Assembly: GCA_964016885.1 (NCBI GenBank) | Contig: OZ024752.1 | Span: 18,042,001 to 18,106,000 of the forward strand | Reading direction: 5' to 3' | Source of the DNA: Eledone cirrhosa | Taxonomy: Eukaryota | DNA: 64,000 nt | In this document: positions 1 through 14,300 of the stretch, one piece after another | Layout: each line of letters starts with the position of its first letter | Position numbering within the stretch: position 1 is the first letter of the stretch | The notes under the pieces: generated by a model | Database searches by the model: none | What the model saw: only the letters and a program-made list of their open reading frames with translations | What the model was told of the DNA's origin: nothing | Made by a program: the position numbers and the translations under genes

Positions 1-347
1 GGTAAACATTCATAACCTTCCAGCTAGCTAATTCTATCGTATTCTCCAATTCCTTAATTCCATCGTATTCCCAAACAAAAAAACAAAATCCTTCCCATTC
101 TTAATTCTATCGTATCCTCCAATTCCCTAATTCTATCGTATTCTCAAACAAAAAAAACAAAAAACAACAAAATCCCTTCCATTCTACTTCTTATAATTTA
201 CTTTAAATATATATATCATGCTACCTCGAAAGTCAAAAATCCCGCTCATACACCCTTCTCCCACCATTTTCTTCCCGAGGGGTTGCGGTCAGTCACTCTC
301 TCTCTCTCTCTCTCCCCCTTCCCACTCTCTCTCTCTCTCTCTTAGCT

Positions 348-378
<31 letters not shown>

Positions 379-975
379 AGATAAATTCCCGTTCATGTTT
401 ATTCACTTTCGCCAAACAATTGCTGCTTCAACTACCCCTACTACGGTGTAACCATGTAATCGTAACGTTCACGTTTTTCCTATCTCCTCCACACACCACA
501 ATTTCGTACAAACATCCAATCCCGCAAAATCCGAAATCTGTATTTTTTGTTATTTATTAAGGTTTAAATACGGTGTTTTTGTCGTATTGAACAGAACAAA
601 TCTTGCAGTTTTGCTTTTTGTTACTCGCTGGTAAACATTCATAACCTTCCAGCTAGCTAATTCTATCGTATTCTCCAATTCCTTAATTCCATCGTATTCC
701 CAAACAAAAAAACAAAATCCTTCCCATTCTTAATTCTATCGTATCCTCCAATTCCCTAATTCTATCGTATTCTCAAACAAAAAAACAAAAAACAACAAAA
801 TCCCTTCCATTCTACTTCTTATAATTTACTTTAAATATATATATCATGCTACCTCGAAAGTCAAAAATCCCGCTCATACACCCTTCTCCCACCATTTTCT
901 TCCCGAGGGGTTGCGGTCAGCCACTCTCTCTCTCTCTCTCTCCCCCTTCCCACTCTCTCTCTCTCTCTCTTAGCT

Positions 976-1006
<31 letters not shown>

Positions 1007-1603
1007 AGATAAATTCCCGTTCATGTTTATTCACTTTCGCCAAACAATTGCTGCTTCAACTACCCCTACTACGGTGTAACCATGTAATCGTAACGTTCAC
1101 GTTTTTCCTATCTCCTCCACACACCACAATTTCGTACAAACATCCAATCCCGCAAAATCCGAAATCTGTATTTTTTGTTATTTATTAAGGTTTAAATACG
1201 GTGTTTTTGTCGTATTGAACAGAACAAATCTTGCAGTTTTGCTTTTTGTTACTCGCTGGTAAACATTCATAACCTTCCAGCTAGCTAATTCTATCGTATT
1301 CTCCAATTCCTTAATTCCATCGTATTCCCAAACAAAAAAACAAAATCCTTCCCATTCTTAATTCTATCGTATCCTCCAATTCCCTAATTCTATCGTATTC
1401 TCAAACAAAAAAACAAAAAACAACAAAATCCCTTCCATTCTACTTCTTATAATTTACTTTAAATATATATATCATGCTACCTCGAAAGTCAAAAATCCCG
1501 CTCATACACCCTTCTCCCACCATTTTCTTCCCGAGGGGTTGCGGTCAGCCACTCTCTCTCTCTCTCTCTCCCCCTTCCCACTCTCTCTCTCTCTCTCTTA
1601 GCT

Positions 1604-1634
<31 letters not shown>

Positions 1635-2230
1635 AGATAAATTCCCGTTCATGTTTATTCACTTTCGCCAAACAATTGCTGCTTCAACTACCCCTACTAC
1701 GGTGTAACCATGTAATCGTAACGTTCACGTTTTTCCTATCTCCTCCACACACCACAATTTCGTACAAACATCCAATCCCGCAAAATCCGAAATCTGTATT
1801 TTTTGTTATTTATTAAGGTTTAAATACGGTGTTTTTGTCGTATTGAACAGAACAAATCTTGCAGTTTTGCTTTTTGTTACTCGCTGGTAAACATTCATAA
1901 CCTTCCAGCTAGCTAATTCTATCGTATTCTCCAATTCCTTAATTCCATCGTATTCCCAAACAAAAAAACAAAATCCTTCCCATTCTTAATTCTATCGTAT
2001 CCTCCAATTCCCTAATTCTATCGTATTCTCAAACAAAAAAAACAAAAAACAACAAAATCCCTTCCATTCTACTTCTTATAATTTACTTTAAATATATATA
2101 TCATGCTACCTCGAAAGTCAAAAATCCCGCTCATACACCCTTCTCCCACCATTTTCTTCCCGAGGGGTTGCGGTCAGCCACTCTCTCTCTCTCTCTCTCC
2201 CCCTTCCCACTCTCTCTCTCTCTCTTAGCT

Positions 2231-2261
<31 letters not shown>

Positions 2262-2858
2262 AGATAAATTCCCGTTCATGTTTATTCACTTTCGCCAAAC
2301 AATTGCTGCTTCAACTACCCCTACTACGGTGTAACCATGTAATCGTAACGTTCACGTTTTTCCTATCTCCTCCACACACCACAATTTCGTACAAACATCC
2401 AATCCCGCAAAATCCGAAATCTGTATTTTTTGTTATTTATTAAGGTTTAAATACGGTGTTTTTGTCGTATTGAACAGAACAAATCTTGCAGTTTTGCTTT
2501 TTGTTACTCGCTGGTAAACATTCATAACCTTCCAGCTAGCTAATTCTATCGTATTCTCCAATTCCTTAATTCCATCGTATTCCCAAACAAAAAAACAAAA
2601 TCCTTCCCATTCTTAATTCTATCGTATCCTCCAATTCCCTAATTCTATCGTATTCTCAAACAAAAAAACAAAAAACAACAAAATCCCTTCCATTCTACTT
2701 CTTATAATTTACTTTAAATATATATATCATGCTACCTCGAAAGTCAAAAATCCCGCTCATACACCCTTCTCCCACCATGTTCTTCCCGAGGGGTTGCGGT
2801 CAGCCACTCTCTCTCTCTCTCTCTCCCCCTTCCCACTCTCTCTCTCTCTCTCTTAGCT

Positions 2859-2889
<31 letters not shown>

Positions 2890-3486
2890 AGATAAATTCC
2901 CGTTCATGTTTATTCACTTTCGCCAAACAATTGCTGCTTCAACTACCCCTACTACGGTGTAACCATGTAATCGTAACGTTCACGTTTTTCCTATCTCCTC
3001 CACACACCCCAATTTCGTACAAACATCCAATCCCGCAAAATCCGAAATCTGTATTTTTTGTTATTTATTAAGGTTTAAATACGGTGTTTTTGTCGTATTG
3101 AACAGAACAAATCTTGCAGTTTTGCTTTTTGTTACTCGCTGGTAAACATTCATAACCTTCCAGCTAGCTAATTCTATCGTATTCTCCAATTCCTTAATTC
3201 CATCGTATTCCCAAACAAAAAAACAAAATCCTTCCCATTCTTAATTCTATCGTATCCTCCAATGCCCTAATTCTATCGTATTCTCAAACAAAAAAACAAA
3301 AAACAACAAAATCCCTTCCATTCTACTTCTTATAATTTACTTTAAATATATATATCATGCTACCTCGAAAGTCAAAAATCCCGCTCATACACCCTTCTCC
3401 CACCATTTTCTTCCCGAGGGGTTGCGGTCAGCCACTCTCTCTCTCTCTCTCTCCCCCTTCCCACTCTCTCTCTCTCTCTCTTAGCT

Positions 3487-3517
<31 letters not shown>

Positions 3518-4116
3518 AGATAAATTCCCGTTCATGTTTATTCACTTTCGCCAAACAATTGCTGCTTCAACTACCCCTACTACGGTGTAACCATGTAATC
3601 GTAACGTTCACGTTTTTCCTATCTCCTCCACACACCACAATTTCGTACAAACATCCAATCCCGCAAAATCCGAAATCTGTATTTTTTGTTATTTATTAAG
3701 GTTTAAATACGGTGTTTTTGTCGTATTGAACAGAACAAATCTTGCAGTTTTGCTTTTTGTTACTCGCTGGTAAACATTCATAACCTTCCAGCTAGCTAAT
3801 TCTATCGTATTCTCCAATTCCTTAATTCCATCGTATTCCCAAACAAAAAAACAAAATCCTTCCCATTCTTAATTCTATCGTATCCTCCAATTCCCTAATT
3901 CTATCGTATTCTCAAACAAAAAAACAAAAAACAACAAAATCCCTTCCATTCTACTTCTTATAATTTACTTTAAATATATATATCATGCTACCTCGAAAGT
4001 CAAAAATCCCGCTCATACACCCTTCTCCCACCATTTTCTTCCCGAGGGATTGCGGTCAGCCACTCTCTCTCTCTCTCTCTCTCCCCCTTCCCACTCTCTC
4101 TCTCTCTCTCTTAGCT

Positions 4117-4147
<31 letters not shown>

Positions 4148-4717
4148 AGATAAATTCCCGTTCATGTTTATTCACTTTCGCCAAACAATTGCTGCTTCAA
4201 CTACCCCTACTACGGTGTAACCATGTAATCGTAACGTTCACGTTTTTCCTATCTCCTCCACACACCACAATTTCGTACAAACATCCAATCCCGCAAAATC
4301 CGAAATCTGTATTTTTTGTTATTTATTAAGGTTTAAATACGGTGTTTTTGTCGTATTGAACAGAACAAATCTTGCAGTTTTGCTTTTTGTTACTCGCTGG
4401 TAAACATTCATAACCTTCCAGCTAGCTAATTCTATCGTATTCTCCAATTCCTTAATTCCATCGTATTCCCAAACAAAAAAACAAAATCCTTCCCATTCTT
4501 AATTCTATCGTATCCTCCAATTCCCTAATTCTATCGTATTCTCAAACAAAAAAACAAAAAACAACAAAATCCCTTCCATTCTACTTCTTATAATTTACTT
4601 TAAATATATATATCATGCTACCTCGAAAGTCAAAAATCCCGCTCATACACCCTTCTCCCACCATTTTCTTCCCGAGGGGTTGCGGTCAGCCACTCTCTCT
4701 CTCTCTCTCTCTTAGCT

Positions 4718-4748
<31 letters not shown>

Positions 4749-5347
4749 AGATAAATTCCCGTTCATGTTTATTCACTTTCGCCAAACAATTGCTGCTTCA
4801 ACTACCCCTACTACGGTGTAACCATGTAATCGTAACGTTCACGTTTTTCCTATCTCCTCCACACACCACAATTTCGTACAAACATCCAATCCCGCAAAAT
4901 CCGAAATCTGTATTTTTTGTTATTTATTAAGGTTTAAATACGGTGTTTTTGTCGTATTGAACAGAACAAATCTTGCAGTTTTGCTTTTTGTTACTCGCTG
5001 GTAAACATTCATAACCTTCCAGCTAGCTAATTCTATCGTATTCTCTAATTCCTTAATTCCATCGTATTCCCAAACAAAAAAACAAAATCCTTCCCATTCT
5101 TAATTCTATCGTATCCTCCAATTCCCTAATTCTATCGTATTCTCAAACAAAAAAACAAAAAACAACAAAATCCCTTCCATTCTACTTCTTATAATTTACT
5201 TTAAATATATATATCATGCTACCTCGAAAGTCAAAAATCCCGCTCATACACCCTTCTCCCACCATTTTCTTCCCGAGGGGTTGCGGTCAGCCACTCTCTC
5301 TCTCTCTCTCTCTCCCCCTTCCCACTCTCTCTCTCTCTCTCTTAGCT

Positions 5348-5378
<31 letters not shown>

Positions 5379-5977
5379 AGATAAATTCCCGTTCATGTTT
5401 ATTCACTTTCGCCAAACAATTGCTGCTTCAACTACCCCTACTACGGTGTAACCATGTAATCGTAACGTTCACGTTTTTCCTATCTCCTCCACACACCACA
5501 ATTTCGTACAAACATCCAATCCCGCAAAATCCGAAATCTGTATTTTTTGTTATTTATTAAGGTTTAAATACGGTGTTTTTGTCGTATTGAACAGAACAAA
5601 TCTTGCAGTTTTGCTTTTTGTTACTCGCTGGTAAACATTCATAACCTTCCAGCTAGCTAATTCTATCGTATTCTCCAATTCCTTAATTCCATCGTATTCC
5701 CAAACAAAAAAACAAAATCCTTCCCATTCTTAATTCTATCGTATCCTCCAATTCCCTAATTCTATCGTATTCTCAAACAAAAAAAAACAAAAAACAACAA
5801 AATCCCTTCCATTCTACTTCTTATAATTTACTTTAAATATATATATCATGCTACCTCGAAAGTCAAAAATCCCGCTCATACACCCTTCTCCCACCATTTT
5901 CTTCCCGAGGGGTTGCGGTCAGTCACTCTCTCTCTCTCTCTCTCCCCCTTCCCACTCTCTCTCTCTCTCTCTTAGCT

Positions 5978-6008
<31 letters not shown>

Positions 6009-6605
6009 AGATAAATTCCCGTTCATGTTTATTCACTTTCGCCAAACAATTGCTGCTTCAACTACCCCTACTACGGTGTAACCATGTAATCGTAACGTTC
6101 ACGTTTTTCCTATCTCCTCCACACACCACAATTTCGTACAAACATCCAATCCCGCAAAATCCGAAATCTGTATTTTTTGTTATTTATTAAGGTTTAAATA
6201 CGGTGTTTTTGTCGTATTGAACAGAACAAATCTTGCAGTTTTGCTTTTTGTTACTCGCTGGTAAACATTCATAACCTTCCAGCTAGCTAATTCTATCGTA
6301 TTCTCCAATTCCTTAATTCCATCGTATTCCCAAACAAAAAAACAAAATCCTTCCCATTCTTAATTCTATCGTATCCTCCAATTCCCTAATTCTATCGTAT
6401 TCTCAAACAAAAAAACAAAAAACAACAAAATCCCTTCCATTCTACTTCTTATAATTTACTTTAAATATATATATCATGCTACCTCGAAAGTCAAAAATCC
6501 CGCTCATACACCCTTCTCCCACCATTTTCTTCCCGAGGGGTTGCGGTCAGCCACTCTCTCTCTCTCTCTCTCCCCCTTCCCACTCTCTCTCTCTCTCTCT
6601 TAGCT

Positions 6606-6636
<31 letters not shown>

Positions 6637-7233
6637 AGATAAATTCCCGTTCATGTTTATTCACTTTCGCCAAACAATTGCTGCTTCAACTACCCCTACT
6701 ACGGTGTAACCATGTAATCGTAACGTTCACGTTTTTCCTATCTCCTCCACACACCACAATTTCGTACAAACATCCAATCCCGCAAAATCCGAAATCTGTA
6801 TTTTTTGTTATTTATTAAGGTTTAAATACGGTGTTTTTGTCGTATTGAACAGAACAAATCTTGCAGTTTTGCTTTTTGTTACTCGCTGGTAAACATTCAT
6901 AACCTTCCAGCTAGCTAATTCTATCGTATTCTCCAATTCCTTAATTCCATCGTATTCCCAAACAAAAAAACAAAATCCTTCCCATTCTTAATTCTATCGT
7001 ATCCTCCAATTCCCTAATTCTATCGTATTCTCAAACAAAAAAACAAAAAACAACAAAATCCCTTCCATTCTACTTCTTATAATTTACTTTAAATATATAT
7101 ATCATGCTACCTCGAAAGTCAAAAATCCCGCTCATACACCCTTCTCCCACCATTTTCTTCCCGAGGGGTTGCGGTCAGCCACTCTCTCTCTCTCTCTCTC
7201 CCCCTTCCCACTCTCTCTCTCTCTCTCTTAGCT

Positions 7234-7264
<31 letters not shown>

Positions 7265-7861
7265 AGATAAATTCCCGTTCATGTTTATTCACTTTCGCCA
7301 AACAATTGCTGCTTCAACTACCCCTACTACGGTGTAACCATGTAATCGTAACGTTCACGTTTTTCCTATCTCCTCCACACACCACAATTTCGTACAAACA
7401 TCCAATCCCGCAAAATCCGAAATCTGTATTTTTTGTTATTTATTAAGGTTTAAATACGGTGTTTTTGTCGTATTGAACAGAACAAATCTTGCAGTTTTGC
7501 TTTTTGTTACTCGCTGGTAAACATTCATAACCTTCCAGCTAGCTAATTCTATCGTATTCTCCAATTCCTTAATTCCATCGTATTCCCAAACAAAAAAACA
7601 AAATCCTTCCCATTCTTAATTCTATCGTATCCTCCAATGCCCTAATTCTATCGTATTCTCAAACAAAAAAACAAAAAACAACAAAATCCCTTCCATTCTA
7701 CTTCTTATAATTTACTTTAAATATATATATCATGCTACCTCGAAAGTCAAAAATCCCGCTCATACACCCTTCTCCCACCATTTTCTTCCCGAGGGGTTGC
7801 GGTCAGCCACTCTCTCTCTCTCTCTCTCCCCCTTCCCACTCTCTCTCTCTCTCTCTTAGCT

Positions 7862-7892
<31 letters not shown>

Positions 7893-8489
7893 AGATAAAT
7901 TCCCGTTCATGTTTATTCACTTTCGCCAAACAATTGCTGCTTCAACTACCCCTACTACGGTGTAACCATGTAATCGTAACGTTCACGTTTTTCCTATCTC
8001 CTCCACACACCACAATTTCGTACAAACATCCAATCCCGCAAAATCCGAAATCTGTATTTTTTGTTATTTATTAAGGTTTAAATACGGTGTTTTTGTCGTA
8101 TTGAACAGAACAAATCTTGCAGTTTTGCTTTTTGTTACTCGCTGGTAAACATTCATAACCTTCCAGCTAGCTAATTCTATCGTATTCTCCAATTCCTTAA
8201 TTCCATCGTATTCCCAAACAAAAAAACAAAATCCTTCCCATTCTTAATTCTATCGTATCCTCCAATTCCCTAATTCTATCGTATTCTCAAACAAAAAAAC
8301 AAAAAACAACAAAATCCCTTCCATTCTACTTCTTATAATTTACTTTAAATATATATATCATGCTACCTCGAAAGTCAAAAATCCCGCTCATACACCCTTC
8401 TCCCACCATTTTCTTCCCGAGGGGTTGCGGTCAGCCACTCTCTCTCTCTCTCTCTCCCCCTTCCCACTCTCTCTCTCTCTCTCTTAGCT

Positions 8490-8520
<31 letters not shown>

Positions 8521-9117
8521 AGATAAATTCCCGTTCATGTTTATTCACTTTCGCCAAACAATTGCTGCTTCAACTACCCCTACTACGGTGTAACCATGTA
8601 ATCGTAACGTTCACGTTTTTCCTATCTCCTCCACACACCACAATTTCGTACAAACATCCAATCCCGCAAAATCCGAAATCTGTATTTTTTGTTATTTATT
8701 AAGGTTTAAATACGGTGTTTTTGTCGTATTGAACAGAACAAATCTTGCAGTTTTGCTTTTTGTTACTCGCTGGTAAACATTCATAACCTTCCAGCTAGCT
8801 AATTCTATCGTATTCTCCAATTCCTTAATTCCATCGTATTCCCAAACAAAAAAACAAAATCCTTCCCATTCTTAATTCTATCGTATCCTCCAATTCCCTA
8901 ATTCTATCGTATTCTCAAACAAAAAAACAAAAAACAACAAAATCCCTTCCATTCTACTTCTTATAATTTACTTTAAATATATATATCATGCTACCTCGAA
9001 AGTCAAAAATCCCGCTCATACACCCTTCTCCCACCATTTTCTTCCCGAGGGGTTGCGGTCAGCCACTCTCTCTCTCTCTCTCTCCCCCTTCCCACTCTCT
9101 CTCTCTCTCTCTTAGCT

Positions 9118-9148
<31 letters not shown>

Positions 9149-9745
9149 AGATAAATTCCCGTTCATGTTTATTCACTTTCGCCAAACAATTGCTGCTTCA
9201 ACTACCCCTACTACGGTGTAACCATGTAATCGTAACGTTCACGTTTTTCCTATCTCCTCCACACACCACAATTTCGTACAAACATCCAATCCCGCAAAAT
9301 CCGAAATCTGTATTTTTTGTTATTTATTAAGGTTTAAATACGGTGTTTTTGTCGTATTGAACAGAACAAATCTTGCAGTTTTGCTTTTTGTTACTCGCTG
9401 GTAAACATTCATAACCTTCCAGCTAGCTAATTCTATCGTATTCTCCAATTCCTTAATTCCATCGTATTCCCAAACAAAAAAACAAAATCCTTCCCATTCT
9501 TAATTCTATCGTATCCTCCAATGCCCTAATTCTATCGTATTCTCAAACAAAAAAACAAAAAACAACAAAATCCCTTCCATTCTACTTCTTATAATTTACT
9601 TTAAATATATATATCATGCTACCTCGAAAGTCAAAAATCCCGCTCATACACCCTTCTCCCACCATTTTCTTCCCGAGGGGTTGCGGTCAGCCACTCTCTC
9701 TCTCTCTCTCTCCCCCTTCCCACTCTCTCTCTCTCTCTCTTAGCT

Positions 9746-9776
<31 letters not shown>

Positions 9777-10373
9777 AGATAAATTCCCGTTCATGTTTAT
9801 TCACTTTCGCCAAACAATTGCTGCTTCAACTACCCCTACTACGGTGTAACCATGTAATCGTAACGTTCACGTTTTTCCTATCTCCTCCACACACCACAAT
9901 TTCGTACAAACATCCAATCCCGCAAAATCCGAAATCTGTATTTTTTGTTATTTATTAAGGTTTAAATACGGTGTTTTTGTCGTATTGAACAGAACAAATC
10001 TTGCAGTTTTGCTTTTTGTTACTCGCTGGTAAACATTCATAACCTTCCAGCTAGCTAATTCTATCGTATTCTCCAATTCCTTAATTCCATCGTATTCCCA
10101 AACAAAAAAACAAAATCCTTCCCATTCTTAATTCTATCGTATCCTCCAATGCCCTAATTCTATCGTATTCTCAAACAAAAAAACAAAAAACAACAAAATC
10201 CCTTCCATTCTACTTCTTATAATTTACTTTAAATATATATATCATGCTACCTCGAAAGTCAAAAATCCCGCTCATACACCCTTCTCCCACCATTTTCTTC
10301 CCGAGGGGTTGCGGTCAGCCACTCTCTCTCTCTCTCTCTCCCCCTTCCCACTCTCTCTCTCTCTCTCTTAGCT

Positions 10374-10404
<31 letters not shown>

Positions 10405-11001
10405 AGATAAATTCCCGTTCATGTTTATTCACTTTCGCCAAACAATTGCTGCTTCAACTACCCCTACTACGGTGTAACCATGTAATCGTAACGTTCACGT
10501 TTTTCCTATCTCCTCCACACACCACAATTTCGTACAAACATCCAATCCCGCAAAATCCGAAATCTGTATTTTTTGTTATTTATTAAGGTTTAAATACGGT
10601 GTTTTTGTCGTATTGAACAGAACAAATCTTGCAGTTTTGCTTTTTGTTACTCGCTGGTAAACATTCATAACCTTCCAGCTAGCTAATTCTATCGTATTCT
10701 CCAATTCCTTAATTCCATCGTATTCCCAAACAAAAAAACAAAATCCTTCCCATTCTTAATTCTATCGTATCCTCCAATTCCCTAATTCTATCGTATTCTC
10801 AAACAAAAAAACAAAAAACAACAAAATCCCTTCCATTCTACTTCTTATAATTTACTTTAAATATATATATCATGCTACCTCGAAAGTCAAAAATCCCGCT
10901 CATACACCCTTCTCCCACCATTTTCTTCCCGAGGGGTTGCGGTCAGCCACTCTCTCTCTCTCTCTCTCCCCCTTCCCACTCTCTCTCTCTCTCTCTTAGC
11001 T

Positions 11002-11032
<31 letters not shown>

Positions 11033-11313
11033 AGATAAATTCCCGTTCATGTTTATTCACTTTCGCCAAACAATTGCTGCTTCAACTACCCCTACTACGG
11101 TGTAACCATGTAATCGTAACGTTCACGTTTTTCCTATCTCCTCCACACACCACAATTTCGTACAAACATCCAATCCCGCAAAATCCGAAATCTGTATTTT
11201 TTGTTATTTATTAAGGTTTAAATACGGTGTTTTTGTCGTATTGAACAGAACAAATCTTGCAGTTTTGCTTTTTGTTACTCGCTGGTAAACATTCATAACC
11301 TTCCAGCTAGCTA
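1..11313. repeat. Tandem array of ~628-bp monomers (18 full units plus 30 bp; probably extends left of the window)
   Basis: GGTAAACATTCATAACC recurs at 1, 630, 1258, 1886, 2513, 3141, 3769, 4399, 5000, 5630, 6260, 6888 and then every 628 bp to 11284. Each monomer has an internal ~72-bp duplication of AATTCTATCGTATTC sub-repeats plus (CT)n, (CA)n and (TA)n tracts. The unit starting at 4399 is 601 bp (deletion in the CT tract). Confidence 0.98.
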
Positions 11314-14300
11314 CCCCACATCCCTCCCACCCGCCCCCACACACCACCATTCTTAATACGTGGACCAATCATAAGCCAGAGACCCCCCCCCCCCCCCACA
11401 CGCATCACCATTATTACTATAAGCCAGAGACCCCCCCCCCCCACACGCATCACCATTATTATTATTACGCGGACCAATCATAAGCCAGAGGCCTATACTA
11501 TCGCTTGCACGGTTGCCTTCGATATATGATGGATGGATGGATGGACGGACTGCGGAATCCTGGAGAGTGGAAGGGAGAGAAAAATCTGGACGCTCAGAGC
11601 GAAAATGCCAATGCTAAAGTCAAATTCACCTCGTGGACGAGAATGCGAGCACTCTTCTTTGTTTCGCCCGCGGATGGCTAACATAACCCCATCTCCCCCC
11701 GCCCCACACCACCCCCACCCTCCAAACGCGATCCAAAACTTCAGAGTTGGTACCATAAATGTAGGCACCCTAAAGGGGCGCGCTAACGAGGTTGTAGAAA
11801 TGCTTGAACGTAAGGAGGTCGATGTTTGTTGTATTCAAGAGACCAGGTGGAGGGGTGGGTCTGCTAGATTCATTGAGGGTAAAAAACGATGTTATAAGCT
11901 TTTCTGGGTGGGAAACGACGATGGGCTGGGTGGAGTAGGAATCATGGTAGCAGAAAAGTGGGCGGATAAGATAATAGACGTAAATAGAGTGAACGACAGA
12001 ATAATTAAAATACGACTTGTCCTCAATAGAACTACGGTGACAGTAATATCTGCGTATGCACCCCAATCCGGACTGCCCGGCACTATAAAAGACAGATTCT
12101 ATGAGACACTGATGCTCACTACCTCCCAAATATCTGACAGTGACTATATAATTATTGCAGGCGACCTAAATGGTCACGTTGGGCAACATTGTGACGGTTA
12201 CGACGAAATCCATGGAGGCTATGGGTTTGGTACTAGAAATGAGGAAGGCTCCAGAATCCTGGAATTCTGTGATGCAAATAACCTAACTATCTGTAACACT
12301 AACTTCAAAAAACGTGACAATCACCTGATCACCTATAGATCCGGGGAACACACAAGCCAGGTAGATTATATCCTTACCAGAAGACGTGACAGAGTGTCTG
12401 TTGTAAACACTAAATCCCTCCCCCATGAAGAATGCACCTCCCAACATAGACTGATAATTAGCGACCTCATAGTCAGGTCGAGACGTACTCGACAGCAGAA
12501 GAGGACTATCCTCAGGAGAAAAATATGGAAGCTAAAGGACCCCACAGCCAAAAATAAATTTCAAAACATATTACTTGATGCTTTCGACAGTAAGGAAGAA
12601 CACTTAGAGTCGGACAATATAGAGGGACAGTGGGAATTTCTGAAAGCAAACCTGCTGTTGGCCACAGACGAAGTCTGTGGCTGGAGCAGGCCTGTAGGCA
12701 GGAGGAGAGTAACATGGTGGTGGAACAGTAAGGTGGAGGAGTCAATTAAGGCCAAAAAGCAGGCTTGGAAAGTATGGCGGGATGGGGGAAGTAGAGTAGA
12801 CTATCAAGTGGCCAGGAGGGAAGCTAGGAGAGAAGTGTACTTAGCAAGAAGGGAAGCTGAGGAAAGAAAGTTCAAGCATGTCCTACAACGCGATGACCAA
12901 AAACGTGAGGTGTTCAGGATTGCTAGGCAATGCGTCAAGGAAAACCGTGATATTGTCGGGGAGAAGTGTGTACTTAACGATGATGGCATACTTGCCATCA
13001 CCGACACTGATAAGAAGGCAACTTGGAAGTGTCACTATGAAAGGCTACTAAATGAGGAGAATAAATGGGAGAAAGACAGTCTCCCCCATGTCGACCCAAT
13101 AGAGGGACCAGCAGTGTTAGTCGAGGGGAGTATAATAAGTAAGGCAATCAAGGATATGAAGACAGGTAAGGCGGCTGGGCCTTCGGAAATAGTTGCTGAG
13201 ATGCTGAAGGCATCTGGCACGGTGGGACACACCATGGTCACCCGCATAGTTAACCAAGTCGTACAGAATGGGGTTGTTCCGAAGGACTGGCATAGCAGCA
13301 TCATCGTTAACTGTTATAAGGGTAAAGGAGACGCCCTAGATAGGAGTAACTATAGAGGCATTAAATTAATCGACCAGGTCATGAAGGTCACAGAAAAAGT
13401 AATAGCGCAACTAATCAGAGAGAGAATTGACCTAGATGAAATGCAGTTCGGGTTTGTGTCAGGCAAAAGTACCACAGACGCTCTTTTCATAGTACGACAA
13501 CTACAGGAGAAGTACCTAGCTAAAGGTAAACCCCTCTACTTAGCTTTTGTCGACTTGGAGAAAGCCTTCGACAGAGTCCCCCGCTCCATTATCTGGTGGG
13601 CTCTTAGAAAACTAGGCGTTGACGAATGGCTTGTGAGGGCTATACAAGCCATGTATAAAGAAACAGTCAGCAAGGTTAGAATTAACAACGAATATAGTGA
13701 AGAGTTTAGCGTAAAAGTTGGCGTCCATCAGGGCTCTGTTCTCAGCCCCCTACTATTTATTATTGCCCTTCAGGCTATAACAGAGGAGTTCAAGACAGGC
13801 TGCCCATGGGAACTCCTATACGCAGACGACCTGACACTCATAGCGGAATCAATGGCCGAGCTAGAGAAGAAATTCCAAACATGGAAGCACGGCCTAGAGT
13901 CAAAAGGACTTAAAATTAACCTGGCTAAGACCAAAGTTCTAGTTTGTAGGAAAGAAAACAAGGCGGCGGTCCCTTCTGGGAAATGGTCGTGCTCGGTGTG
14001 TAGGAAAGGCGTAGGTAGAAACTCCATTTTGTGTCCTAAATGCAAAGTATGGGTGCATAAAAGATGTAGTGGGATCACAGGTAAGCTAACTAAGAACATA
14101 GATTTTACATGTGGCCGGTGTTCTGGTGCAATAAGTAGCAGCAAGTGCCCACACAATACTAGCTCTTTCAATTGCGCAGAGGGTTCTATAGAAATAGTGG
14201 ACAGCTTCCGTTACCTGGGCGATAAAATCAGCAGTGGGGGAGGGTGCTCTGAAAGTACTGTAGCTAGAGTCAGAACTGGTTGGAAAAAGTTCAGAGAGCT

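Noticed and set aside
861-11069. Repeated 60-114 aa ORFs in the 628-bp array
   Set aside because: They are translations of (CT)n/(CA)n/(TA)n tracts, open or close with microsatellite length, and show no domain.
1-11313. Array as a tandem RNA-gene cluster (5S, snRNA, SL, tRNA) or telomere
   Set aside because: I recognised no such RNA sequence, Pol III boxes or TTAGGG repeats on either strand. An Infernal scan would be needed to exclude an unknown RNA.
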